DNA of 64,000 nucleotides from positions 17,980,001-18,044,000 of the forward strand of contig JBHGNT010000007.1 in NCBI GenBank assembly GCA_043228905.1, given 5' to 3'. The notes under the pieces were generated by a model that saw only the letters and a list, made by a program, of their open reading frames with translations, searched no databases and was not told where the DNA came from. The translations under genes and the position numbers were made by a program. Source of the DNA: Azolla caroliniana (Eukaryota > Plantae > Polypodiophyta). Of this stretch, positions 39,150 through 52,057 are shown one piece after another. Each line of letters begins with the position of its first letter. Position 1 is the first letter of the stretch.

Positions 39150-42100
39150 CTTACTAGTCCGATTCGCTTCCGGCATGCATCCAACTTGTCGGGTATCAGT
39201 ACTTTGGTCAGCATATTTGACCTGTTCTCGGCCGTGTGGATCTTCGTCAGTGCGAACTCCTGGTCATCTACTCTTTCCCGGATCCAGTGATACCTTCGCT
39301 GAATATGCTTCGTCCGGGAATGGTAGGCTGCATTCTAAGCGAGGTGGATGGTACTTTGACTGTCGCAATAGAGCCGGTATTCATCTTGCCGAATACCGAG
39401 CTCTCCGATGAAGTCCTTCATCCATAATATTTCCTTGCCGGCTTCCACAACTGCCATGTACTCCGCCTCCGTGGTTGACAACGCAACCGTCTTCTGCAGC
39501 CTCGACTGCCACAAGACAGCTCCCCCTGCATATGTCATTACATACCTGGATGTAGACCGGCTGGTATCTACATCATCCGACAAGTCCGAATCAGTAAAAC
39601 CGTCAAGTTGAGGTTTTCCGGAGCTGAATCAGAGACACATATTCGAAGTGCCCTTCAAGTACCGGAGTATCCATTTGACCGTGTTCCAGTGCTCCTTGCC
39701 GGGATTTCTCATGAACCGGCTCACCACTCCGACTGCGTATCCTATATCCGGTCGGGTACACACCATTGCGTACATTAAGCTCCCGACGGTAGAGGCATAT
39801 GGAATCTTCATCATATCCGCCTTCTTTGCTTTCGTCTTCGGGCTTTGCATACCGGATAACCTGCAGTTTGCCGGAACTGTCGATCCGACCGGTTTCGCAT
39901 CTGACATGTTGAACCGGTGAAGCACCTTTGTCACGTACTTCTCTTGTGACAGCCACAAATGCTTCACTGACCGGTTCCGGATAATATGCATCCCCAACAT
40001 CTGTCTTGCCGGACCCAAGTCTTTCATTGAGAAGGTCTGGTTGAGAGCCTTCTTCAGCATCCGGATTCTGGCTTGGTCTCGTCCGATGATCAACATGTCG
40101 TCCACGTATAGAAGGAGTATCAGGAAGTCACCTCCTTCGAACTTCTTCACAAACACGCAGTGATCGACCTGCGTCTTGTGGTACCCTTGATCAGTCATGA
40201 AGGAGTCGAACTTCCGGTACCATTGTCGGGGAGCCTGCTTCAATCCGTACAGGCTCTTCTTCAAACGGCAAACCAAGTGCTCCTTCCCTTTCTCCACGAA
40301 TCCTTCCGGTTGCTGCATGTAGATTTCCTCTTCGAGGTCACCGTGAAGAAATGTTGTCTTCACGTCCAACTGCTCTACCTCGAGGTCCATGCTTGTCGCT
40401 ATACTCAGCACCGTCCGGATGGAGGTCATCTTTACTACCGGGGCAAATATCTCGTCGAAGTCCACACCCTTCTTCTGATGGAACCCCTTCACCACGATCC
40501 TGGCCTTGTATCTCGGGGGTTTGCCGGCATCTCCCGGTTTCAACTTGTACACCCACTTATTTCGGAGTGCCCGCTTTCCTTTCGGCAACTCCACCAATTC
40601 GTACGTATGGTTCTCATGCAGGGAATTCATCTCATCCTGCATTGCACTTAACCATTTGCGGCTGTGGGTGTCATCCTTCGCTTCTTCGAAGCTTTCTGGC
40701 TCCCCCTCATCGGTTAGCAGCACATGCTCTGCATCCGGAAATCTCCGGGGGGGCCTTCTCTCTCTAAGAGGATATCTCCGTCTTTGGGCTTCGGTGACCG
40801 GATCCTCCATTTGCTCTTCATCCGAATCTGATTCGGTGTCTTGGCCGGTTCCGGTTTCAGCTTCCTCTACTTCTTCTTCTGCTGGTTCGGTATCCTCACT
40901 GTAACTGGCTGGTTCCTCGAGTGCTAACCGGTCTGTTGCCGGTTGGGTCTGTTCATCATAGAATCGATCCTTACCGGTCGACTCGGAGTTCATTATCTTC
41001 TTCTCCGGCTCCCAATCGGCGAGCGTGTTGTTCTCCATGAAGATAATATCTCGACTCCGAAATACCTTCTTGTCGACCGGGTTCCACACTCGGTAGCCGA
41101 ACTCATCGTCGCCGTAACCGAGGAATATGCATGGCCAGGTCTTTGGATCTACCTTTCCTCTCCGGTCCTTAGCTACATGCACGTACGCGAGACACCCGAA
41201 TACCTTTAGATGCCGGTAGGACACTTCCTTACCGGTCCAGACTCTCTGTGGCATGTCTCCGTCGAAGGGTACTGAGGGTGATCTGTTTATCACATATGTT
41301 GCCGTCGACAGTGCCTCAGCCCAAAACTTCTTGGGTAGTTTTGCATGCGCCAGCATACTCCGGACCCTCTCCATTATGGTCTGGTTCATCCTCTCGGCCA
41401 ACCCGTTTAGTTCCAGCGTCTTCAGCACGGTAAATTCGAGCCGGATTCCCTTCGAGCGACAGTACTCCTCGAACTGCCCCCGGTATTCACCTCCGTTATC
41501 TGCTCGAACCGCCTTCAACTTCCGGCCGGTTTATCTTTCCACTCTCGTGTGGAGCTCTTTGAAGACGGATAGCACCTGATCCTTTGTCTTCAATGGTGTG
41601 GCCCACAACTTTCGGCTGTGGTCATCTATGAACGTCACGAAGTACTGCGCTCCGGCATGTGTGTCCACTTGACACACATCCGTATGCACCAACTCTAGTG
41701 GCGCATTACGTCTCATCGGTGGCCTTGATCGGAAGGAGGTCAAGTTTTGTTTACCGGCCAGACAATTAGTGCACTTCTCCAAGTGCACATTCTTCACTGG
41801 AATGAGGTTGTCGTTAGCAAGCCTCTTCATCCCCTTCTCGCTCATGTGACACAACCTCTTGTGCCACAACTCACTGGCAGTGTCGGATGCCACGTTCACT
41901 TCCTCTGGACATAACCGAGCATTCATCAGGTACAACGTGTTTACCTTCCGGGCCCGAGCCACAATCAGGCTCCCTTTGCTGAACTTCATGACACCGTTCC
42001 GGATGCTACCTGTGTAGCCTTCATCATCTAGCCGACCGGCTGATATCAGGTTCAGTCGAACCTCCGGAACGTGTCGGACATCCTTCAGCAACAACTTGCA

Positions 42101-43171
42101 TCCGGTTGGTGTCGACAACCACACGTCTCCTATGCTGACAATTCGGCATGTACCTTCATTCCCTATCCGGACACAGCCGTGATCACCGACTGAGTAGGAT
42201 GAGAAGCATTTCCGGTCCGGGGTAAGGTGGAACGACGCTCCGGAGTCTACCACCCAGGTCATCTCGTCGCCGGCAAGGTTTATCTCACTCTCCTCGGTGA
42301 TGAGCATCAACTCTTTTTCACTTGCCATGATTGCCGTCGTTCCCTTCCGGTCCAGCCCCCTCCGGTCTTTACCGTTCCGGTCCGGGGTCCGCTTCGAATC
42401 GGTACCGTCGGTTTCCTTGTCTTTTCGGAAATGCCGACAATTCTTCTAGAAGTGTCCCGGCTTACCGCAATGGAAACAAGTAGGCCTCCCCCTTGACTTT
42501 GACTGTGTCCCCGACTTTTCCCGGTTCTAGGGACTACGGTTTCTGTGTCTTCCGCGTTCCGATTCGGTAAGGAGCGCTTTGGAGTCGGAGCTCGTATCCG
42601 TATCTTTCCGACGCGCCTCCTCATCTAGCAAGCTCGACTTCACTCTTGCTAGGGATAACCGTTTCCCTTCCGACCTGGCGTTGCCCAAAGTGACAACCAA
42701 CGTCTCCCAGCTATCCGGGAGGGAACCGAGTAGGAGTAGCGCTAATACCTCATCGGCGAGGGGTACTTCCAATGATGTTGCCTGGTGTATCAGCCCCTGG
42801 AAGGCATTCATGTGCTCCACCATGCTGGAGCCATCTTGGTACCGGAGTCTTACTAGCTTCCGGAATACCGAAACTTGGTTAACAACATTTTTGTTCTGAA
42901 ACATAATGCCGATCTTCTCCCAGAGCTCATGAGCCTTGCTCTCTTCATTGAAGTTGTTGTATAGGCTCATGTCGATGAAGCACCGTATGTACGCTGTTGT
43001 CTTCATGTGCATCACCTCCCATATTGTGGCGTCGATCTTGTCCGGTCTCTTGTCCCCGAATTGAACCGGTAACCAAAGATCTTTAACCACGAGCATGTCC
43101 CTCATCGTCGACTTCCAAACTGAATAGTTGGAGCCGATGAGCTTGAACATGCCGCCCAACGATTCGTCCAT
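39150..43171 (-). pseudogene. Copia D gag-pol polyprotein with a few stops/frameshifts
   Basis: MDESLGGMFKL gag, WVVDSGASFH, RADNGGEY, YKARIVVKG, LLYVDDML and STTEAEY motifs. Confidence 0.93.
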
Positions 43172-44386
43172 TTTCTATGTCGTTTCGCTCTGATACCACT
43201 TTGATAGGAACTACACGCTTCGGTGAATGACGCTCGGCTACAACCGAGTCTAAAAATCAAACACAGAAAAAATAGGTAATGTACGCACGACACAAAGGTG
43301 AGAGAGGAGTGCACAGGATATTTAACGTTGTCGTGAAGATCTGTCACTACGCGCGGATCGTGAGGCGGAACCGCCGGGGTTCTGAACCAGAAGGATTTAG
43401 AGTCGATACAATCTTTGGCGAGAAAGTACTTAAGATAGATTGGGAAAGAGAGAAGTTAAGATTACACGATCAATTTGATAACGAATTTCTTCCTCTTAAT
43501 TTTCATAAAAAAAACCGTGTTTTTTCTCCTCCCCCTTCCTTCTTTTATAGATGCTCTCATGCATATGATGCATGTGAGGGTACAAGACATGCATAAATTG
43601 CATGTTTGCCATTTGGCGCTTAAGTATTACATGTGGTGCATGATAACCATGTCACTCATTTTAGCTCTCATGTATGAGAATTTACATGTAAAAGTACAAT
43701 GATAGAAATATAATTTCAACTAAATAGCATGGCTTAATGGTAAGCCAATTGACTCGTAACTTGGAGGTGCAAGGTTTGAATCCATACTTGCCCTCCTTGT
43801 ATATGTAAATATGTAAATATATTTATATATTTATTTATCTAGTAGCCGGACGCCCGTTCGCCGGATGCCGTTGGTTACCGGTGCCTCGCCGGATACCGCC
43901 GCCGGATTGCCGTCGGATCACCGGCTCCATCGCCGGTCCGGTTTTGGTTGGCCAAAACCCTTTATGAGTAGCTAGCCACCTCCACTCTTAGTTCAAGTTA
44001 CCTTGAACTCTCTATGCTCCACACATAGACACAAAGATAATATCTTTTGCTCCACCTTATATATGATGAGAGCCATATTTGCGTGCCTATGTGGGATATC
44101 TCACAATTTTCTCTTTTCTTTTCACAAACTTTATACCCTCATATCTTGACATTTAGTTGTCCATTTCTCGTGTAATAAAGTGCATTCGAAACCTCCATCA
44201 TTTTGTACTTAGATATTAAAAATGTTATCTTTACAATTATTGTATTACGTGATTCATACTCGATTTCGTACGTTTTATGGGATTTTCACACTATTGCCGA
44301 AAATCTTCACGACATCCACCCCCACCAAACCGCACGTCCTCCGGTACGTGCCAAGAAGAGAAGAAGTGAGATTTTGGCTATGATGA

Positions 44387-47300
44387 TCAATTAGATTCCT
44401 CCATGTCTTCATTTTCATCCGGCCTATTATGTTCATCGTCGAGGTAATCGAGGTCAGGATCCTTGTCTTGTCTTTTCTTGAAAAGCTTTACTCTTTTTCC
44501 CGCAATGGGTACGACCAACCTTGATCCGTCTAGTTCCGCAAGGTGGTATGTGGCATTATCGTTGGCACTTGTCACCACATACGGCCCGAACCATCTTCTT
44601 GCGAACTTCCTTGTTGTACTATGTTGATTGTCAAGGGTGCTGTCGTAAACCAAAACCCAATCCCCTTCTTCAATCTTCTTGGGACGAAGTCGATGCGTGT
44701 TGTCGAACCGAACTTTGTTCTTTACTCGGGCTTCCTTCATCATCTTTCGCGCTTTTTCTAAATCTTCAGGTCTTCTTTCAAGTTGCCTTATCCGCGCCGC
44801 TAATAACTCTTCTCGGCTCATCTCGTTCTCCCACGGTATCGCTACCCATGAGGCGATCGTCCTTTCGATGGGCATAATCGGCTTTTGTCCATACATAAGC
44901 TCCGTCGGCATATACCCTGTCACCGAGCTATGTGTCGTTCTATCGGCCCACAAGGCATAGGGTAATAGTTGTGGCCAATTCCCGACTCGACCGTTGCATG
45001 CCCGTATGATGGCTTTAACGATAGGTTCATGCCCTCGCTCGATCTTCCCATTTGCTTCCGGATTGTAGGTAGTCGTGAGGGAGAGCTTCACGCCTAGTCT
45101 TTCGAAGAGCTCCGTCGCTTCGTGCGCGTCCAACTCCCCTCGGTCGGCCACTATCTTCCCTACACATCCATATCGGCAAACAACATCTTCAAGTAAAAAT
45201 TTACAAACGGCTGAAGTCGTCTTATTTGTCAAGGCTCGTCCTTCCACTTGATTTGTCAAGTCTTCCCTTGCGAGTGCTAAGTACTTCATTTGTCCCACTC
45301 CCATTGGCATCGAGACCAGATCCACCATCCATTTGAAGTGAATGGTGAGTGGGTATGTCGGCTTTAACTCATCACGATGACGTATATTTGAATATATTTG
45401 GCAAGTTTCACATGTGGACACGAAATGGAGTACATCTTTGTACATGCTTGGCCACCAGTACTTCTCCTTCAATTTTTCGAACGTCGCCCATGTTCCTCTA
45501 TGACTTGCCCAGGCACTCTCGTGGAATTCGGTCATCAGCGTCTCTTGCTCTTCTTTCTTTACCACCACTCGACGTGGTATTCCCGTCCTTCTTTTTGGAT
45601 GTCGCCAAAGGAATCCTCCCTTCAAGAAGTATCGATAAGCTTTCTTTTGGATTCGTAGGGCCTCCTCCTTTGTCAACGAAACATCTGCCGTCAATGTTCT
45701 TAGGAATCTACCGATGAGTAACCACTCTCCTTCGTACTCGTTCTCGTTGAAGGCGTGGAGGGTTTGCATGTCCCGGTCTTCCGCCGACAATCGAGCCATC
45801 TTGAAGAAGTCGAGGGCGACATCTTCATCTTCTGAAACCATGTTACTTTCATTTGAAAATCTTGCCCTTGACAGCATGTCAGCCATGGCGTTCTTCTTCC
45901 CTGCAATGTGACGGATCTATGGGTTTAAAGACTTGATGTAGGCGATCCACCTTAGCATAGCAAGATCTGGGGTCGCACATCCGGAGACCATTCCGAGAAT
46001 TGGGAGACAATTTGTCTCTATTATCACTTCTGACCCGATCAGGTAATCTTTGTCCGTCTTCACTGCCGACACAATACCCGAAAGTTCCCGCTTGACTTGG
46101 GCATATCTTTGTTGCCGTTCGCTGAGAACCTTTGCTCCGAACCGGACGGCATATCGCGCATTATCTTCACCTTCTTGATTGATGACCCACCCGATTCCGG
46201 TTGGGCTCGTATCTACAGTCACGTAAATTGGTTTCCCTTCGGCATAGTCGGCCTTCCTTAGTGCCGGAGCTTCAAGAAGCAGTTTCTTTAATCTTCGCAT
46301 CGCCTCTGTGTGCTCGTCTCGCCATTTGAACTTTATTCTTTTCTTTAGTAGTCCATATAACGGTTCGGCGACATGAACGTAGTGAGGAATCCATATATGA
46401 TAAAATGCGCACGCTCCAAGGAACCTTCGAACCTCCGTTTGGTTTTCGCATTCTTCTTTCATGTCTTGGATTGCGTTCACTTTGGATGGCGAGGGCTTCC
46501 GACCATATGCTCCACACAAGTGACCTATCACCAAGATCTCCGGTTGCCCGAATGCGGATTTTTCTCCCGAAAATGTCAAATTCGCATCTTCGAGCCTTTG
46601 AAGCACCTTCTCGCAATATTTCATATGATCCGCAACGAACTTTCTACAACCTTCCTTATCTTTCGATTCATCTTTCTCCTCATCCGAACATCCTTTTATC
46701 GGAATATCATCCAAGAATGGCATCGTGATGTCCAGAATGCAATCCTTCAAGACTTTATTCATGGCATTCACCATATGAGCCACCGAGTTCGTTGCGCCTT
46801 GGGGTAAGGTACACATCCGCACAAGCCCGATCGGAGTCCTCATGGTTGTAATGTCCCGACTGTTGATCGCCAACTGGAATTGGTCATATCCGGAGTAGAG
46901 ATCGCCAATGGAGTAGATGGACCGGCCCGCAAACGCTTCGACAAATTCGTCCACGCTCGGACCGATTCCGGCATTTCGAATTATCACCTTGTTGACGGGT
47001 TGAAGATCTTGGATGAATCGCAATGATCCATTCTTCTTCGGCACCGTGAACCACCTATTGGAATAAGGAGCATTCGACGGTTCTAGAATTCCCATACTCA
47101 CCTTCTCCTTTAAGAGCTCGATCAGCTTCGGAAGGTGTGCTCTCGGAACCGGTATCAGTTTCAAATTCCAAGGCACATGAGGCACCGTGAAGATCACAAT
47201 TGGCTCTATAACCTTTGGGTCGGCGCATCCGATTTCTCGTGGGAAGAATGCGAAAGCCTTCCCATGTCTCTCAAGCATATCGCGAAACATTCGGTCCTCT

Positions 47301-47881
47301 TCAGGGAGAAGGAAATTCTCCTTTCCAACTCGTAGCTTCCCCTTCGTCTCTTTGGTGAAGACATGACCTATCTTCTTCGGATCTCTTAAGCTTGGATCGT
47401 TAGCGACTTCCTTCATCTTTTGCCAGCTATCTTCCGGTAGCGGAACCGCAATTGGCTTGATCTTCTTAACCACCGTTTTATATTTCGTGTTGATGTCAGC
47501 TTCCTTCATCGAGATGCCACGACGGTATTCATCGATGATAGCGTACATGTTGACGGAGTTAACCGAAATCACGCGTTGGTTGTGAAGATAGCTCAAGTCC
47601 ACGATGTCCTCGATTTCGCCGATGGTGTCGTTAAATGAGGCTTCTTCCATAATATGAGTCACGAACTCTCCTTCTTCTATTATATTCTCTTCTTTCAGCA
47701 TCTTCTCGAATTCTTGTATCCGGCGCTTGTGCTTCTTGTCGGGTAGTACTAGTTTACATGCGCCACTAGGTGTGACACATGTTGCTTCTCCTTGCAATCC
47801 ACGCACTCTTCTTTCTTGTGGGGTCTTGTGATTGCTCGGACTATTTGTGCCCCATGCTTCAATAGTCCGCTCTAAAAATCC
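44387..47881 (-). pseudogene. Element F RT-RH-INT (pol, -1 frame of gag-PR; frameshift near 45917)
   Basis: LPQGATNS, PFLDDIPIKG, VTVDTSPTGIG, YNPEANGKIER and RWFGPY motifs. Confidence 0.93.
47819..47881 (-). promoter_or_regulatory. Putative -1 frameshift signal G GAU UUU + H-type pseudoknot between PR and RT
   Basis: Heptamer immediately before the TAG; 9-bp stem CGGACTATT/AATAGTCCG 5 nt downstream; loop TGGGG can pair with downstream CCCCA; -1 frame open into RT. Confidence 0.75.
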
Positions 47882-50070
47882 GAGGATTCGCTTCTGAGAC
47901 TATCTCGATTCCTTTCATGATTGGCTCGCACCGTTAGGAATTGGACCGATCTTTGGTTGTCAAGACTCTTTATTCGTGCGAAGGCTGCTCCATTATCGAA
48001 CACTTTGGTCTCCATCCGAGATGATGTGATATAAGGTTGCCCTAGGATGACAGGATGCGACGCCGATTCTTGTACGAAGAAGTGTTGATCCATCTCCACA
48101 TCCCCGATCGTGACTTTGACATTGGGACAAGCTCTGTACAAGTCCTCCGTAGACTTTGTTGCCGCGCAAATCTTCCATCCGTGGTTTGTATTGATTGGCC
48201 ATCTTCCCTTTTTGTAGAAGTCGGTTGACATGAGGTTGATCTCCGAGCAGTGGTCGATCAAGGCTACGACGGTCTCTTTCTTCTCCCCGATCTTCACCGG
48301 CATCTCCGTTGTCGCTCGTGCCCAATGAGGTCGAGTGTAGTGGCTGTCCACCATATCTTCATCGATTTCGTCTCTTGCCATCGTTATGGCATTCGTTTTT
48401 GCTTTTTGTGGCTTCTCTTCTTCCTCGTCCGATTGTTGTCTCTTTCTCTTTACAAGGTCCACGATCGTGTCATGGAACTCCTTCTTCGTAATGCCAAGCA
48501 ATTCCCTCAAGGACAAAGTTATGTGGCTATCAAGAACTCGTTCTTCGAGAATCTTCTTTAGGTCCGTCGTCTGCTCTATGTCCGACCTTAGCTTATAGGT
48601 AGGTATAGTCCTTGTCCTCCGAGCGGGGTCTTCGACACCAACCTTCACGGGCCGAACCGTTTCTTCAACTCGTATGCTTGGCTCCCCTTTTCGGCTTGAT
48701 TCTCGTTCCTCCGTTTGTAAAGGTCGACTCGTCTCCGCATCGTCCTTCTTTTTCGCGTTCCTTGTTTCATGTCTTTTAGATGGGCCTTGCTCTTCTATTC
48801 TCTTTCTCTTTTCTTCGACGAACACCTCGTGGTTGTCGCACATCACCTCTGCGAGTATGGTGTTGTCGTCCACCGGATCCGACCACCCGGGTATGCTTTG
48901 CACGTTTCGGTCCGCAAGCTCTACGTCGTTCCATGTGACTTTTCCCTTCTTCTCATATTCGAGAACGGAAGTCCAAAACTTTGCTCCCGCTCTAGCAGCT
49001 TCAGTCTTGTCTTTCCCGACTCTTATTCCGGCCGACGCAGCATAGTGCATCGCATCCACATGAGTCGCAGCGGCATCCTCCATAGATTTCTTCATTCCTC
49101 CTCTTCCGAAATTCACCCGTAGGGGTCTTCTAGTCTCGCTTGAGTAGATCATGTTGTCCTCTATGTATACGATATTTTGTTGAATCGCCTCTCGAAGGCT
49201 CGCACAATCCCTTCTCATGTGGTCCATGCTATCGCACCACACGCATCTAAAGGGTTCTTTTCCTTTAGGGCCCCGACGATTCATGTTGGCTAGCGTGACC
49301 TTCTCGAACTTCTTCGCTAGCTCTTCAATGATGTCGTCATCAATCTTCTTTTCTTCCACGTTACTTTGTCTCAGCGGCTCAGCTACTTTCGGCGGTCTTG
49401 CTTTCTCTGTGGTAGTCGGTCCCGTCAAGTCGGTGTCATCAACCCATTGTCAACGCTTGTCGAGCCTATTGCATGCCCACTTCACCGCGATCCAGTCCGC
49501 TACGAGCCCATTTGCTTGGGTATCATCTTCGAGAAGAGTCCCCAACTCCCGTCTATCCTTTATGTCCACAGCCTTCAAGAAGTACAAAGTCTTGTCCTCT
49601 TCAAGCAACACTTGGTCCGTATTGGGGAGACGACTAAACATTTGGTCGAATTCGTTGTACACCCTCGAGACGCTCATCTTCTTATTCTTCTTCTCTATCC
49701 ACTTCATCAGGGCATGTCGAGTCATCCTCGTTGAGTCTTCAGTCACGAACTCCGCTAGTATCGTTTTCTCGAACTCGGACCATGTTGTCTTACCTTCTTG
49801 AAGCTCGATGACGCGTCTTTGGATGTTGTTGGCGACAACTCTCTTGAAGCTTGCGATTTGACGTGCCTCGGACACGTCCCTTTGATTCATCTCCCTCTTA
49901 TATGCATCAAGGAACTTCGTAACGTTCCTTCCATCGAATTGGCCCTCGAGCTCTACGACACGATCGACAACCTTCTCCACGCTCGCGTCGTTGTCCCGAG
50001 ATCTCCTCATTTGCTCGACGATTAGCACCATCCTTTCGAGCTCTCCTGCTTGGTTGCTTGAGGACGCCAT
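47872..50070 (-). pseudogene. Element F gag + aspartic protease (one internal TGA at 49450-49452)
   Basis: CVWCDSMDHMRRDC knuckle; ALIDHCSEINLM protease core; ILGQPY motif. Confidence 0.88.
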
Positions 50071-50111
50071 CTCCAAGTATTAATCTCGACTTGATCCTTC
50101 CTACTGCCTCT

Positions 50112-50129
50112 TTCATGTCGGGTTCACCA
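50112..50129 (-). promoter_or_regulatory. Primer-binding site complementary to tRNA-Trp 3' end
   Basis: TGGTGAACCCGACATGAA versus plant tRNA-Trp 3' end ...TTCACGTCGGGTTCACCA (recalled from memory; one mismatch). Confidence 0.75.
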
Positions 50130-50533
50130 CTTAATTATGTCGTGAAGATCCGTCACTACGCGCGGATCGTGAGGCGGAACCGTCGGGGTTCTGGACCAGA
50201 AGGATTTAGAGTTGATACAAGCTTTGGCGAGAAAGTACTTAAGATAGATTGGGAAAGAGAGAAGTTAAGATTACACGATCAATTTGATAACGAATTTCTT
50301 CCTCTTAATTTTCATAAAAAAAACCGTGTTTTTTCTCCTCCCCCTTCCTTCTTTTATAGATGCTCTCATGCATATGATGCATGTGAGGGTACAAGACATG
50401 CATAAATTGCATGTTTGCCATTTGGCGCTTAAGTATTACATGTGGTGCATGATAACCATGTCACTCATTTTAGCTCTCATGTATGAGAATTTACATGTAA
50501 AAGTACAATGATAGAAATATAATTTCAACTAAA

Positions 50534-50602
50534 TAGCATGGCTTAATGGTAAGCCAATTGACTCGTAACTTGGAGGTGCAAGGTTCGAATCCATACTTGC
50601 CC
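50534..50602 (+). promoter_or_regulatory. tRNA-like Pol III A-box/B-box cassette in the U3 of element F, antisense to the element (second copy 43725-43793)
   Basis: A-box TGGCTTAATGG 50539-50549 with D-stem GCTT/AAGC; B-box GGTTCGAATCC 50582-50592; tRNA-like spacing. Confidence 0.7.
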
Positions 50603-52057
50603 TCCTTGTATATGTAAATATGTAAATATATTTATATATTTATTTATCTAGTCGCCGGATGCCGCCGCCGGATACCGGTGCCGGATTGCGGTCGGACGCC
50701 GTCGGATAACCGGCTCCATCGCCGGTCCGGTTTTGGTTGGCCAAAACCCTTTATGAGTAGCTAGCCACCTCCACTCTTAGTTCAAGTTACCTTGAACTCT
50801 CTATGCTCCACACATAGACACAAAGATAATATCTTTTGCTCCACTTTGTATATGATGAGAGCCGTATTTGTCGTGCCTATGTGGGATATCTCACAATTTT
50901 CTCTTTTCTTTTCACAAACTTTATACCCTCATATCTTGACATTTAGTTGTCCATTTCTCGTGTAATAAAGTGCATTCGAAACCTCCATCATTTTGTATTT
51001 AGATATTAAAAATGTTATCTTCACAATTATTGTATTACGTGATTCATACTCGATTTCGTACGTTTTATGGGATTTTCACACTATTGCCGAAAATCTTCAC
51101 GACAATGTGGAAAAACCTGAGAGGGAAAAACCATGGAAGTCCACCGACTTCAAACTATCACTATATCACAATGATCACAACAATGAGTTCACGGAGGCAA
51201 CAACCTCGTGCTCACGATCTTCGCCACAGGCGGTGGTTACAACAGAGGCAACGACCTCTTTCTCTCTCTCCCTCTCTCTGTACACTGTTACACTCTCACT
51301 AGTCTTGCACCAACAAGAATGACAACGACACACTCAAAAGTTTACCCTAAGTCATATTTATACTAATATGACTTCTCGGCTACTTACAAATAGAGCCACG
51401 ATGGACTCTCAGAAACATATTTACGAATATATCTCTTCATCCGGAGAGCGCTCCTCACCGGGCCTGCATCATCCGGATCTTGTCGGGCACTCGTCATCCG
51501 GTCTCACTGGGTCTGCACCATCCGGCTCTCCGTAGCCGGGTACTCCTCATCCGGTTCTCACCGGGTCTGCGCCATCCAGCTCTCCGTAGCCGGGTACTCC
51601 TCATCCGGTTCTCACCAGGTTTGCGCTATCCGGCTCTCCATAGTGGGGTACTCTTCATCCGGTTTCTCCCTTCCCATCCGGAGGGACCTGTTTCCTAACA
51701 GGAAATACCCCCGAGAATCCCTTGACCGAGTCTCACGGCACGAAGGCGTCCATGTGTCCCCATCAGTAAAATACTGACCTACCCACCAAATGTATATGGT
51801 AGGAATAGTTTTAGCAGTTAAATTAGCCCTACCTAAACTACCTAACAAATCACCCCAAATCACGACATTTCTTAGGCGTGCCAACTAGTCACATTCACTT
51901 TAAAGTAAAATATTTAAGGAACATGCACACCACACATAGCACTCCTGTGACGCATGGCCATAATACCTTATTATGGCAGCCACAACCAAGAATCTAAAGG
52001 ATCTTCTCCCTGCACAAAACCCTAGGCAGTCACATAAAAGAAACTACCCCACACTCA

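Larger units (their letters stand above)
43329..51104 (-). mobile_element. Full-length Ty3/gypsy non-chromovirus element F (possibly Phygy-like), tRNA-Trp primed
   Basis: LTRs 43329-44314 and 50138-51104 (TGTCGTGAAGAT...ATCTTCACGACA); 4-bp TSD ACGT/ATGT; PPT GGTGGGGGTGGA; PBS 8 nt inside the 5' LTR boundary. Clade name is tentative. Confidence 0.95.
38373..51700 (-). mobile_element. Full-length Ty1/copia element D (Tork/Tnt1-like); 5' LTR interrupted by element F
   Basis: TSD GGAAA (38368-38372 and 51701-51705); 3' LTR 38373-39120; 5' LTR 43202-43328 + 51105-51700; PBS TGGTATCAGAGC 43187-43198; PPT AGGGGGAGTT; LTRs carry about 3 copies of a 54-bp repeat. Confidence 0.96.

Noticed and set aside
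50534-50602. Functional tRNA gene (possible Thr-CGT anticodon loop)
   Set aside because: No proper acceptor stem, and imperfect T and anticodon stems; reported only as a tRNA-like cassette.
51875-51883. Antisense PBS-like TGGCACGCC in the B1 3' region
   Set aside because: Only 9 nt, with no adjacent LTR end on that strand, and not clearly conserved in B2; could be chance.
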